From the NCBI GenBank assembly GCA_964527425.1, contig CAZGOA010000003.1, positions 97,048-161,047 of the forward strand: 64,000 bases of DNA. The letters are read 5' to 3'. A program made the translations under genes and the position numbers. The first letter of the stretch is position 1. Every line of letters starts with the position of its first letter. The notes beneath the pieces are model-generated. The model did not search any database. It saw only the letters and a program-made list of their open reading frames with translations, and had not been told where the DNA came from. This DNA is from an uncultured Gammaproteobacteria bacterium (GTDB lineage Bacteria > Patescibacteriota > Microgenomatia > UBA10105 > UBA927). Below are positions 11,360 to 21,527 of the stretch, one piece after another.

Positions 11360-11890
11360 TCACCGTTTGATACGCTTCATAATTTCATAGAGTACGATTC
11401 CACACGACACCATTACATTTAATGAAACGTTAATTCCCCACATAGGCATTTGAACAATTACATCACTTGCATCTAATACTTCCCTGGAAATACCATTGCT
11501 TTCATTACCAACAACAATCGCTATAGGAAATTCATAATTTGCCTGCTGAAAAGACACACTTCTCTCGTCAAGTTCTACAGAAACGATGTTTGCTCCCTGA
11601 GCTTTGCAGCGATCAACAGCCTCTAACGCTGTCTTGCAGTATTCCCATTCAACCCATTGCCATGTGTTAATAGAAGCCTTTTTTATTCGTGAGTTTGGTG
11701 GTGTTAAAGTATCTCCACAAAGATATACTTTTTGGGCTGCAACAGCGTCGGCTAATCTAAAAATTGCTCCTACATTATACGTATCCAGAACATTGTCTAA
11801 TATTATACTTACTGGATTCTTAATTATTGTTTTAATTACATCTGGATTCACTTCTGTAGTACGCAACTGCTTAGCATTCATTTTCATCAT
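11360..11890 (-). CDS. SpoU/TrmH-class RNA 2'-O-methyltransferase
   Basis: SPOUT motifs: LDNVLDTYNVGAIFRLADA, IVVGNESNGIS, MPMWGINVSLNVMVSCGIVLYE. Confidence 0.8.
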   Translation of the reverse strand: MMKMNAKQLRTTEVNPDVIKTIIKNPVSIILDNVLDTYNVGAIFRLADAVAAQKVYLCGDTLTPPNSRIKKASINTWQWVEWEYCKTALEAVDRCKAQGANIVSVELDERSVSFQQANYEFPIAIVVGNESNGISREVLDASDVIVQMPMWGINVSLNVMVSCGIVLYEIMKRIKR

Positions 11891-12070
11891 AGTGCTGATT
11901 ATATCAATTTAAGACTCTTAATTGTTGATATGAATTGTTGGAGAGACCAAAATCAGTTGTACACCAGATCCTTGAGGAACTGGAGTAATAATCGATTTAC
12001 TTTTATAAAAGAAAAATAATACAGTAATGGTTATTATCATTACAAAAAATACAATTATTTTTTTCATATG

Positions 12071-14410
12071 TTAGTTCTTATCTCTTAAACGTATTACTAG
12101 TAGTATCCAAATACTTAAAGTGAATGCAGATAAGAGTATTCCTAAATACAAACTCAACGGTCTATATATGAATTCTATTCTATTACTTCCTTTAGGCACA
12201 AGAATTCCCCTAAAGGCATAATTAGTCCTATATATTTTCGTTTCTTTTCCATTTATGTACGCTCTCCACCCAGGGTAATACGTATCCGTCAATACCAAAA
12301 AATTATGTTCTTGTAAATTTGTATTAACAACAATGTTTTGTGAGGAATACTCATCAACATCTACTGGAATAATATTCTTATCAGAATTAACGAATTCGAT
12401 ATATTCTTCTACAACTGCAGTTTTGTGTGGATCAAAAGAATTTGAGAATACATATGCTAATAGTTCATCTTCTGTTTTCGTTACTACATTACTAGATAAA
12501 TACGCTCTGGGCAATCTACTAGCAAAGTCAGTGATGGTCCATGTTTCATCATTCCATACTGTTTGCGTATTTAGTCCACTTGATTTTTTTACTACATATC
12601 CAATAGACACTAATTGGGATAAGCGATCTAACCTATCGATTATGTCTTGATTTTCTGTATAACTATCCATAATGATATCGCTGCGACTAAGACCACGTTC
12701 TTTGTTTTCGGTGTGAGCATATGAGAATAATTCTCCATACCTGCGAATATATAATGGATCATAATAATTACTGTCATACCATCCATAATACGTAGCAAAA
12801 TCTGTGGAAAACTGTGCTTCTTTTTCTCCTTTAACTCGAACCGGAGAAAGCTGTTTTAACTGAGTCATTATCTGATGGGAAGGCATAATATGTTGCTTAG
12901 TGGAAAAGGGTAAAAATTTATTTGCATTGTATATACCACTGCATATCACCACAAGCAAACAACTCAATGCGATATATATTTTTTTATTGGGAAAAAAATA
13001 ATAACTGATTACAGAACATAGTATAAACAAACTCACAAACGTATATTCTAGAATTAAATTTCTAATTGCAACATTCATGCAATTAACTTGATTTACACAA
13101 CTTATATTAAAGATGAATAAACCAACGAGCAGTAATACTAGTAAAAGAAAACTAAGCCAGATAAACAGAATCTTCTTTATTTGATTACTATGGATGATCT
13201 CAAGTATATGTTGTATTCCGAAACCGGTAAGTATAGCAATACTAAACGTTGTTAGTATATAGATCCTTGTGGGAATACTCGTGCTTATAATTGGTAATGG
13301 CAAATTATACAGTAGTGATGTTAACGGAGATGTAAATGAAACCAATAAAGTAAGAAGTGTCATTACTGTAAAAAACTTTACGATAGTATCTTTAAATAAA
13401 AACCACACAGCAATTACACTAAATAGTATTGGAACCGTTCCAACCGAAGCTAGCGTTTCTATGTAATCGGTATAACCCCAGAAATTATATGTCCCGGGAT
13501 TACCAAAAAAATTCGGAATTAAAACTGTAAAAAGATGCGAAAAAGGCACAAGAAACTTCTCAAAAATAAATAGTGACGATATCTGAGTTACATTTGCTAA
13601 AGAATATAATTCAAAGGTGGGCAGCAACTGGATACTTGATAAGCCTAAACCAATTAATACGAATACTGTATACAATAATAACGTAGAAACACGTACACCC
13701 CGTATAATACTTATATGTTTCCATAACCGTATACACGCGTATAGAAAAACAGTAGCACATATATATACTGAAATTTGAGGCTGTACACTCACCAATAAAA
13801 ACCAAGCCGAAAACGGTACTACCATAGCACTACCTTGGACCTGTTTTTTAACTAGTAATTCAATGCCTGATAATAATAGAGGAAGAGTAATTAGCGCATA
13901 AATATAATCTCCATAAATTGTTCTTCCAATGACAAATCCAGAAAAACACAAAACACTCGAGGAAATCAGAGAAGCTAGTTTTGATAAACCTATAGATCTT
14001 GTATACCAATACGTCGATAAAAATAACAATGGAAACTGAATAATTATATACCAGGCCCAACCCACTACCCCACCCAACAGTAACAATGAAAAAGGATTTA
14101 AAAAACCAGAATGTAAAGTAGCGAGTAATGGTTGGCCTGCTCCATTGAAAGGATTCCATAAGGGCAATAGACCTTCTTTTAATTGTTGAATCGCTAAATA
14201 TTTCTGCGGATATATTTGTCTAAATATATCATCACCTATGGGCTTATGAGGTATAGTAGGAACGCCATTAATAGTGTTTTCAGATTTCCAGGGTTCGTAA
14301 AAAGATACCATAAAATTCCCTGGCATAGGAATTTCACCAAAAAAGAAAAATCGATGAAATACTCCAATGGTTAGTAACAGAGCAACAAGTACTGGCATTA
14401 AATGTTTCAT
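12071..14410 (-). CDS. YfhO-like large membrane protein (779 aa), probable GT-C glycosyltransferase
   Basis: N-terminal loop LLPLWNPFNGAGQPLLATLHSGFLNPFSLL resembles the YfhO-family conserved loop; many TM helices and a C-terminal soluble domain. Confidence 0.45.
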   Translation of the reverse strand: MKHLMPVLVALLLTIGVFHRFFFFGEIPMPGNFMVSFYEPWKSENTINGVPTIPHKPIGDDIFRQIYPQKYLAIQQLKEGLLPLWNPFNGAGQPLLATLHSGFLNPFSLLLLGGVVGWAWYIIIQFPLLFLSTYWYTRSIGLSKLASLISSSVLCFSGFVIGRTIYGDYIYALITLPLLLSGIELLVKKQVQGSAMVVPFSAWFLLVSVQPQISVYICATVFLYACIRLWKHISIIRGVRVSTLLLYTVFVLIGLGLSSIQLLPTFELYSLANVTQISSLFIFEKFLVPFSHLFTVLIPNFFGNPGTYNFWGYTDYIETLASVGTVPILFSVIAVWFLFKDTIVKFFTVMTLLTLLVSFTSPLTSLLYNLPLPIISTSIPTRIYILTTFSIAILTGFGIQHILEIIHSNQIKKILFIWLSFLLLVLLLVGLFIFNISCVNQVNCMNVAIRNLILEYTFVSLFILCSVISYYFFPNKKIYIALSCLLVVICSGIYNANKFLPFSTKQHIMPSHQIMTQLKQLSPVRVKGEKEAQFSTDFATYYGWYDSNYYDPLYIRRYGELFSYAHTENKERGLSRSDIIMDSYTENQDIIDRLDRLSQLVSIGYVVKKSSGLNTQTVWNDETWTITDFASRLPRAYLSSNVVTKTEDELLAYVFSNSFDPHKTAVVEEYIEFVNSDKNIIPVDVDEYSSQNIVVNTNLQEHNFLVLTDTYYPGWRAYINGKETKIYRTNYAFRGILVPKGSNRIEFIYRPLSLYLGILLSAFTLSIWILLVIRLRDKN

Positions 14411-15759
14411 AAACGAATAAGAGTCCGTAACAACTTATAATAAATCCAAAAGCCTATTACCACTGTACAAATTGCTATCGATTGCTGAAACGTATGACTT
14501 CTCATCAGGGAATACCACATATCAGGTAAAGCCATCGGATGCCATACGATAACTAAATTAATAAAATTTAACAATGTCAGTAAAATTAATTCATAATATA
14601 ACGATACCCCGAGACTTGCAGTTAATATAAGCGGTATATAAACAGGATATAAATATCGCTCATGCATTTTAGGCAATAATAAATAGGACAGTAATGCAAT
14701 TCCTGTAAACGCAATAACACTCATGAAGGTAAACAATGTATGATTATTAACAAGCTTTCTTTTTTTGTATATAAAAAAATATATTGGAAATATAAAGAGA
14801 CCGTAAAAAAACATTGCTATCTGTTGCAAAGATAATGAAAACAATATTGTATTAATTTCCGGAGAATGTTCTAAAGAAACAGAACTTAGCGAAAATAAGT
14901 CAGGACCATTTCCAAAAACGATCGTTGGCTGAAATACAACCCACCAAACATTAAAAGCAAATGCTGTTATATTGTTCATTTCGCCTGAACCGTGCGCACG
15001 TATAAAATGTGCATACCATGTAAAAATATCAGTCGTAATTGGCAGCGTTATAACGATAACAGAGAGTAAAACAAGGAAAAGTAGCACAATCCATTTTTTA
15101 ACACTAAATTTCTTAATAAATAAGAATAATACAAAAAAAGGTGCAAAAATGATCAACGAAAGTTTAACGAATAAAGAATACAGGTAAAAAAGAGATGATA
15201 AAATAAATTTTTTGGAAATAAAAAAGTAAAGAGAAAGTATAAAAAAAACGTTATTTACACTATCCATCTGTCCCCAAAAGGCACTATTGTAAATCACACT
15301 TGGATTGAATAGAAACAGTGAAGCACCCAGTAAAGATCGTCCGCGATGCTTCGTTAATCGGAGTACGCTCAAATAAAGAAACACACTTATAATACAATCA
15401 GAAATAAAAGAAGGAATACGAAATAATACGGTTAAAAAAGGGCCATTTATCCACGTATTAGATCCAGGAATTATCCCAAATACAGCAAATAACACTTTAC
15501 CTATCTGTATCCAAATCATGTACATAAGCCAGAGGCAATATAAAAATAACGGCGGCAAGTTGTTTGCGTATGTTCCAAAACTTAAATATTCAGGATGCGT
15601 ATAAGTATCTGTGAAGGAGTGAATAAATGCTATTTGTGCCCAGTCTTTGTACCGTAAAATATCTGTATTTTCTCGATATTCTAATGCATAGGAAATAGTA
15701 ACGATTCTAACAATGCACCCTAAAATAAATAACAGTATAAAATAATAATGCCCTCTCAT
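14407..15759 (-). CDS. Polytopic membrane protein, DUF2029/GT87-like putative glycosyltransferase
   Basis: LFNPSVIYNSAFWGQMDS loop motif typical of DUF2029 GT-C mannosyltransferase-like proteins; 4-nt overlap with the YfhO-like gene. Confidence 0.4.
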   Translation of the reverse strand: MRGHYYFILLFILGCIVRIVTISYALEYRENTDILRYKDWAQIAFIHSFTDTYTHPEYLSFGTYANNLPPLFLYCLWLMYMIWIQIGKVLFAVFGIIPGSNTWINGPFLTVLFRIPSFISDCIISVFLYLSVLRLTKHRGRSLLGASLFLFNPSVIYNSAFWGQMDSVNNVFFILSLYFFISKKFILSSLFYLYSLFVKLSLIIFAPFFVLFLFIKKFSVKKWIVLLFLVLLSVIVITLPITTDIFTWYAHFIRAHGSGEMNNITAFAFNVWWVVFQPTIVFGNGPDLFSLSSVSLEHSPEINTILFSLSLQQIAMFFYGLFIFPIYFFIYKKRKLVNNHTLFTFMSVIAFTGIALLSYLLLPKMHERYLYPVYIPLILTASLGVSLYYELILLTLLNFINLVIVWHPMALPDMWYSLMRSHTFQQSIAICTVVIGFWIYYKLLRTLIRL

Positions 15760-15779
15760 GGTAAACGGGTGCAGGATAC

Positions 15780-17828
15780 TTACTTAATATCTTCTTTCTT
15801 CCAAGCTGCAAAGGTACATTTTGGATAATTGCTACATCCATAAAACATTTTACCTTTTCTTGTCTTTTTCATAACCATTTCACTCCCGCATGTTGGGCAT
15901 GGAATATTTATTTTTTCCAAGAACTGACGGGTATATTTACATGTTGGAAAATTTCTGCAAGCAATAAATTTCCCGAATCTTCCCATTTTTATAACTAATT
16001 GACCACCACAATCAGGACACTGTTCATCAATTGTTTCTTCTACTACTTTTACTTTTTCTGCAATATCTTCTGTAGTTTGTATATCTTTTTCAAACGACTG
16101 ATAAAATTCTTGAATAACGGGCACCCATTCTCTTTCTCCATTGGCGACTGCATCCAACTTATCCTCCATTCCAGCTGTAAAAGGCAAACTCATTATTTCT
16201 GGAAAATATTGCACTAAGAAGTCAGATACTGACTTCCCCAATTCTGTTGGAATTAATTTCTTATCTTCTTTGGTCACATATTGTCTTTCAATGATTGTAG
16301 AGATAATCGGAGCATACGTACTTGGTCTTCCAATATCTTTTTCTTCTAATGTTTTTACAAGACTTGCTTCTGTATATCGTGGAGGAGCCGACGTTTGATG
16401 ACCTTCATGACTGGTTGATGAAAGTTCTACACTCTGCCCTTCTATAACTTCCGGGATAATTATATCTTCAGAATCTCTCCCCGAAACTTTTAAATATCCA
16501 TCAAATACAATAACTGATCCTTTTGTTTGAAATTGATATCCATTCGAACTAGATACAGTTATTGTTGTTGAATTAAACAGTGCTTCTTTCATTTGAGAAG
16601 CAATAGAGCGTTTCCAAATAAGTTCATATAAGCGAACATGATCTCGATTAAGCTCTTTTTTACCTTCTAATGAAGACCAAAAAACAGAAGTATTCGTAGG
16701 TCTAATAGCTTCATGAGCTTCTTGAGCAACTTTAGATTTTGTTGTGTATGTTCTTGGCTTTTCAGGGAGATAAGAATTTCCAAAATCTTTTGCGATAAAT
16801 TCTCTTGCATCATCTATAAATTTCTGAGATAAATTCACACTATCAGTACGATGATAGGTAATAAAACCTTCTTCATATAAACGTTGAGCAGTTTGCATAG
16901 TTTTCTTTGACGAAAAAGAAAGCCTACGTCCAGCGTCCTGTTGTAAAGTACTCGTGGTATAAGGTGCTGGTGGTGAACGTTTTACTTCACGCCTATCTAC
17001 TGACTTAATAATAAATGGTGCTTTAAAATCCGTAATTAGCTGTTTAACCTGTTCTTCTGATGCAATAGAGGTTTTTGATGTAGAATATGATCCATCAAAT
17101 AACTGCAGGGTAACCGTTTCTTCATATTTAATTCCATCTTTGCTTACTAAATCAGCGATAATTTTACTCTTTCCCACTGAAAATGACCCAGCTATTGTCC
17201 AGTATTGTTCTTTGATAAATTTCTCAATCTCTCGTTCTCTTTCAACTAATAAACGAACTGCAACTGACTGCACTCTTCCTGCAGATAACCAGCGTTTGGA
17301 TAATTTTTTCCATAACAACGGAGAAAGATTATAACCGACTAAACGATCTAGAACCCGGCGCGCCTGCTGGGCATCGACCAGTTTCATATCTATTGTGCGT
17401 GGATTTTTTAAAGCCTCTTGAATGGCACTTTCAGTAATCTCATGAAACACGATGCGGTTATAACTTTCTATATTTGCTTTTTGTTTCTCCTGTTCATCTT
17501 TCTGTTGCTTTGTCTTTCGACCCTTCGCCTTTATCGACTGCAGTACATTAGCGACATGCCATGCGATAGCTTCTCCTTCGCGATCAGGATCAGTAGCAAG
17601 AATGATTGAATCTGCCTTTGACGCGATAGCTTTTAATTCAGAAACTCGTTTCTGTTTATCTTTTGGGATAATATATCGGGGTATAAAACCGTTACCTGTA
17701 TCAACTCCTAATTCTGATTTAGGCAGGTCACGAATATGTCCTACACTTGCTTCTACAGAATATTTACCTTTCAGAAATTTACTTAAGGTTTTTGCTTTTG
17801 TTGGTGATTCAACAATAATAAGATTCAT
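15780..17828 (-). CDS. topA: DNA topoisomerase I
   Basis: TOPRIM N-terminus MNLIIVESPTKAKT...GHIRDLP; active-site region; C-terminal zinc ribbons (CPDCGG, CPTCGSEM, CSNYPKC). Confidence 0.9.
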   Translation of the reverse strand: MNLIIVESPTKAKTLSKFLKGKYSVEASVGHIRDLPKSELGVDTGNGFIPRYIIPKDKQKRVSELKAIASKADSIILATDPDREGEAIAWHVANVLQSIKAKGRKTKQQKDEQEKQKANIESYNRIVFHEITESAIQEALKNPRTIDMKLVDAQQARRVLDRLVGYNLSPLLWKKLSKRWLSAGRVQSVAVRLLVEREREIEKFIKEQYWTIAGSFSVGKSKIIADLVSKDGIKYEETVTLQLFDGSYSTSKTSIASEEQVKQLITDFKAPFIIKSVDRREVKRSPPAPYTTSTLQQDAGRRLSFSSKKTMQTAQRLYEEGFITYHRTDSVNLSQKFIDDAREFIAKDFGNSYLPEKPRTYTTKSKVAQEAHEAIRPTNTSVFWSSLEGKKELNRDHVRLYELIWKRSIASQMKEALFNSTTITVSSSNGYQFQTKGSVIVFDGYLKVSGRDSEDIIIPEVIEGQSVELSSTSHEGHQTSAPPRYTEASLVKTLEEKDIGRPSTYAPIISTIIERQYVTKEDKKLIPTELGKSVSDFLVQYFPEIMSLPFTAGMEDKLDAVANGEREWVPVIQEFYQSFEKDIQTTEDIAEKVKVVEETIDEQCPDCGGQLVIKMGRFGKFIACRNFPTCKYTRQFLEKINIPCPTCGSEMVMKKTRKGKMFYGCSNYPKCTFAAWKKEDIK

Positions 17829-17857
17829 AAATTAATACTTTAGCATACCTGTCAAGG

Positions 17858-18964
17858 CTAGTAGTTCGTCAAGTGGTATATTCCCATTTCATCTCGACGA
17901 ATGATGTTTGATAATTCTAATGCAGTTAATACAGGCTGAATAGATTCAATAGAACTTCCTACGTGGTGAATAATTTGATCTACACTCATTGATTCCTTTT
18001 TTAAAACATCGATGATCGGTTGTTCATCAGACGTATGAGTTATTACATCATTACTACTCATACTCTGTATAGTAGTATTTATGCCTAAAGCGCGAATAAC
18101 ATCTTCACCTCTGCACGTTACGATAGCACCTTGGGAAATGAGCATATGCGGACCCTCACTTTGAACACTCGTAACAGGACCAGGAACAGCAAACACGTCT
18201 CTACCTTGTTCAGCGGCATATCTGGCAGTTATTAAAGACCCGCTTGTTTTCGTACCCTCCATAACGACAATTCCAAGTGATAGACCACTAATTATTCTAT
18301 TTCTTGCAGGAAATAATCCCCTATCAGGTCTTAAACCTAACGGCATTTCAGAAACGATTAATCCTCCGTTATTCAAAATATCTGTATATAATTGCCTGTG
18401 TGAAGATGGTGCAATTATATCGACACCACATCCTAATACAGCAATCGTTTTGCCTTTATGTTTTAACGCAGTTTTGTGTGCAACACCATCTACTCCTAAA
18501 GCCATTCCCGACACAATACAACAGCCAAATTGGGCCAGATCTGTCGTTATTCGTTCTGTGACAAGTTGCCCATAAGAACTGATTTTTCTTGTTCCAACAA
18601 CACCGATCATTTTATCGTTAGTAAGTAACTTACTATTCTCTCCTTTTACATATAAAACAATTGGCGCATCAGATATTGATGCTAATTGCTTAGGGTAAAG
18701 AGAATCTCCAGTATTAATTGCACGAACGCCCTCTTTCTGTAGTGTTGTTTCATATATATCAAATGAATAATTGCTACGAAATGAAACAAATCGTTCTACT
18801 AACGCAGGAGATAATCCTACTTCTAGCAACTGATTTTTTGAGGCCTCCCAAATGGGTACAACTGAACCAAATGCCTGCAGTAATAAACGAAAGCGAACAG
18901 GACCAATCCCTGGAAATACGCTAAAAGCAATATAATAAGAAGATTCACTTCTCATACTATTCAA
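17858..18964 (-). CDS. dprA: DNA processing protein DprA (Smf)
   Basis: Rossmann-like DprA core (VVGTRKISSYG, GMALGVDGVAH, LGCGVDIIAPSSH); conserved dprA-topA linkage. Confidence 0.85.
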   Translation of the reverse strand: MNSMRSESSYYIAFSVFPGIGPVRFRLLLQAFGSVVPIWEASKNQLLEVGLSPALVERFVSFRSNYSFDIYETTLQKEGVRAINTGDSLYPKQLASISDAPIVLYVKGENSKLLTNDKMIGVVGTRKISSYGQLVTERITTDLAQFGCCIVSGMALGVDGVAHKTALKHKGKTIAVLGCGVDIIAPSSHRQLYTDILNNGGLIVSEMPLGLRPDRGLFPARNRIISGLSLGIVVMEGTKTSGSLITARYAAEQGRDVFAVPGPVTSVQSEGPHMLISQGAIVTCRGEDVIRALGINTTIQSMSSNDVITHTSDEQPIIDVLKKESMSVDQIIHHVGSSIESIQPVLTALELSNIIRRDEMGIYHLTNY

Positions 18965-19005
18965 TCATACGCATATCTGAAAATCTAAAAAAGAAGTACA
19001 CGTAT

Positions 19006-20859
19006 TTAACGCGTGAACCAATAATCTAATATAGCTTTTGCAATAGGAGCAGCCACATCGCTACCTCCTCCACCTTCTTCTACCAATACAGTGATTGATA
19101 ATTCTGGTTCTCCCGATACTACCTCTTCATCTGAAATTCTTTCTTTGTCAATAAACTCAGAAGGAACTGGTGCCAATACTGTAATCCAAGCATGTGTTTT
19201 ATCTTGAGGCGATCCAAATTCTGCTGTACCTGTTTTACAAGCAACAGGAATACGTCTCCTTGCTGATTCACTTGCACTTTGAGAATCTAAAGGTACAGAA
19301 TAGTTAAATAACGGATAAGCCGTTCCTTCAGGTTCACATGCTTTTCTCATACCTTCAATAATAAGCCTGCGTGTTTCTTCGTGTAGTGGTACGTCATGAC
19401 AATTGCTGCTATCTCTCTTACCAGTTACTTTTAAAATAGTAGGTGTACAAAAATGCCCACCATTTCCTAAAGCGGATGTATAATTACTTACCTGCAAAGG
19501 TGTTGTTAATAAATATCCCTGACCAATTGACATATGGTAGGTATCTCCCACGTACCACTCGTTATTCCTCATTTCCAAATCCAGCTTCGTTGTAAATTGT
19601 TTACTTTTCCATTCTGGACCGGGCAATACGCCTTCTGCCTCTCCCGGCAATTCAATACCCAGTTTCCCTCCAAGCCCTACTTTTTGTGACCATTCTCTCA
19701 TTTTAGTAATACCTAATGCTTCCCCAATTTTATAGAAAAAAATATCATTACTTCTGGCAATTGCTTTCGTAACATCAACCATGCCGTCTTTCCCACCATA
19801 CTGTGTAAAGTACCAATTATGAAACTTAAAAGGGCCAATCGTTATCACACCAGTATCTTCAATAAGTGTATCTTTAGTAATTGCTCCTTCTTCTAAAGCT
19901 GCCCACGAGGTAACCACCTTAAATGTAGAGGCTGGCGGGTAAACTCCACCAATTGCACGATTAAACAGCGGACGATCCGTATTGCTCATAAATTCATCAT
20001 AATCCTCCTGTGACATACCTAATGAAAAATTATTCAGTGAAAACGTAGGACTGGAAAATAACGCCAATATTTCGCCTGTGGCAGGATTAGTCACTATCAC
20101 TGCACCTCGAGCGTTTTTGGGGTAGGCCTTTGCAACGACATCAGAAAGGCCAGCATCTATAGATAAATAAATATCCTCACCAGAAAGTTCTTGATCTCTC
20201 CCTAATATTCGCAATATTCTTCCATTGGCATCTACTTCTACTAATTCTTTTCCATCTCTGCCACGAAGCCTGTCTTCAAATACTACTTCTGCTGCAGATC
20301 GTCCAATCTGATCACCTTTTTGATATTTTCTGAGTTGATAATATTCATCTTCCAGTTCTTCACTGTTTATTTCTCCGGTGTACCCAACAACATGTGCAGT
20401 AGATTCAGGATGTGTATACTTACGCACATAATCAACTTCTAAAAAATGCTGTGCTGGTAAGCCTTCTAGTTCCATTTGCTTACCTTGTTCTTCAGTAATA
20501 TGTGTAATACATAGTGTTGCTGGTTTATTCTTGCATGGGGATAACAACCTGAAACGAGGAATATTTTCAACTAACGGAGTGCCTTTTCTGTCATAAATAA
20601 TACCGCGGGGAGCATGACGGATTAAATCACGAGTACGGTTATTATCTGCTAATGCTCTAAATCTATGACCTTCAACAATAGTTAAAGAAAAAAGCCTAGA
20701 CGCTAAAATAAAAAGTCCTCCCCACAGTACTATTGCCAGCAGTAACACTCTTCCGGCTCCTTGCCACCAATGAGAACGACGAGATTTGGGTATCCTCGAT
20801 GATACTTTTGATTGAATAATAAGATTATCAGAAAACGTATTTCCAAACCGCATAGACAA
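19006..20859 (-). CDS. mrdA: Penicillin-binding protein 2 (elongation-specific transpeptidase)
   Basis: N-terminal TM anchor; transpeptidase motifs STFK (PPASTFKVV), SND, KTGTAE; downstream of mreB. Confidence 0.85.
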   Translation of the reverse strand: MSMRFGNTFSDNLIIQSKVSSRIPKSRRSHWWQGAGRVLLLAIVLWGGLFILASRLFSLTIVEGHRFRALADNNRTRDLIRHAPRGIIYDRKGTPLVENIPRFRLLSPCKNKPATLCITHITEEQGKQMELEGLPAQHFLEVDYVRKYTHPESTAHVVGYTGEINSEELEDEYYQLRKYQKGDQIGRSAAEVVFEDRLRGRDGKELVEVDANGRILRILGRDQELSGEDIYLSIDAGLSDVVAKAYPKNARGAVIVTNPATGEILALFSSPTFSLNNFSLGMSQEDYDEFMSNTDRPLFNRAIGGVYPPASTFKVVTSWAALEEGAITKDTLIEDTGVITIGPFKFHNWYFTQYGGKDGMVDVTKAIARSNDIFFYKIGEALGITKMREWSQKVGLGGKLGIELPGEAEGVLPGPEWKSKQFTTKLDLEMRNNEWYVGDTYHMSIGQGYLLTTPLQVSNYTSALGNGGHFCTPTILKVTGKRDSSNCHDVPLHEETRRLIIEGMRKACEPEGTAYPLFNYSVPLDSQSASESARRRIPVACKTGTAEFGSPQDKTHAWITVLAPVPSEFIDKERISDEEVVSGEPELSITVLVEEGGGGSDVAAPIAKAILDYWFTR

Positions 20860-20868
20860 TAATGGGCG

Positions 20869-21474
20869 TTAATGAGGCAGAATCGACGTCCATACTTCAA
20901 GAATTATTAATGAATATATAATACCTACAGCTGCTTGCAATATCGTATGATCACCTCTTGATACACGTGCCCAGGCAACGACCATAACGATCAAAAATGC
21001 TGGCCATGCCAACCATCCAAACCATAAGACACATAAACCTGCAGCTAATGTTGCAATACCAGTGTGACCAGATATTTTAAAAAACAGCGTTATTAAAAAA
21101 AATCCGAGTACCCATAAAAAATATAACACAAATACATTCAATAAAAAGGGATTATCAAGAATAGAAACGGCAATAATATCTAGCACTAAAAATCCTAAAA
21201 AAGCCAGTAACGGTACTATGCGCTCTTTCCTGTTTGTAATATCCCAGTTACTGACTTGATGTGTTTTAAGTTTCCATAAAAAGTATCCTAACGGCAGTCC
21301 AAATAAAAACGGTAATAAAAAAGTAAAAAAAATAATTCCTCTTTTAGATAAATCACTTAAGAACACAGCTACAACAGTTAATAACGCAATAATTATAGGA
21401 GGATCAAATATTCGAGAGATTATCGTTTGTATACGATAATTGAAATGTACTGGTTCACTTCTTTTACGGGGCAT
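20869..21474 (-). CDS. Polytopic membrane protein in the mreD position (MreD-like)
   Basis: 5-6 TM helices, 201 aa, located between mreB and PBP2; no MreC-like single-TM/beta-rich protein present. Confidence 0.4.
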   Translation of the reverse strand: MPRKRSEPVHFNYRIQTIISRIFDPPIIIALLTVVAVFLSDLSKRGIIFFTFLLPFLFGLPLGYFLWKLKTHQVSNWDITNRKERIVPLLAFLGFLVLDIIAVSILDNPFLLNVFVLYFLWVLGFFLITLFFKISGHTGIATLAAGLCVLWFGWLAWPAFLIVMVVAWARVSRGDHTILQAAVGIIYSLIILEVWTSILPH

Positions 21475-21527
21475 GGATTCTTTATTTATATCAAAAATAA
21501 AGTATTCTTACTATTGAAATAATTTAT

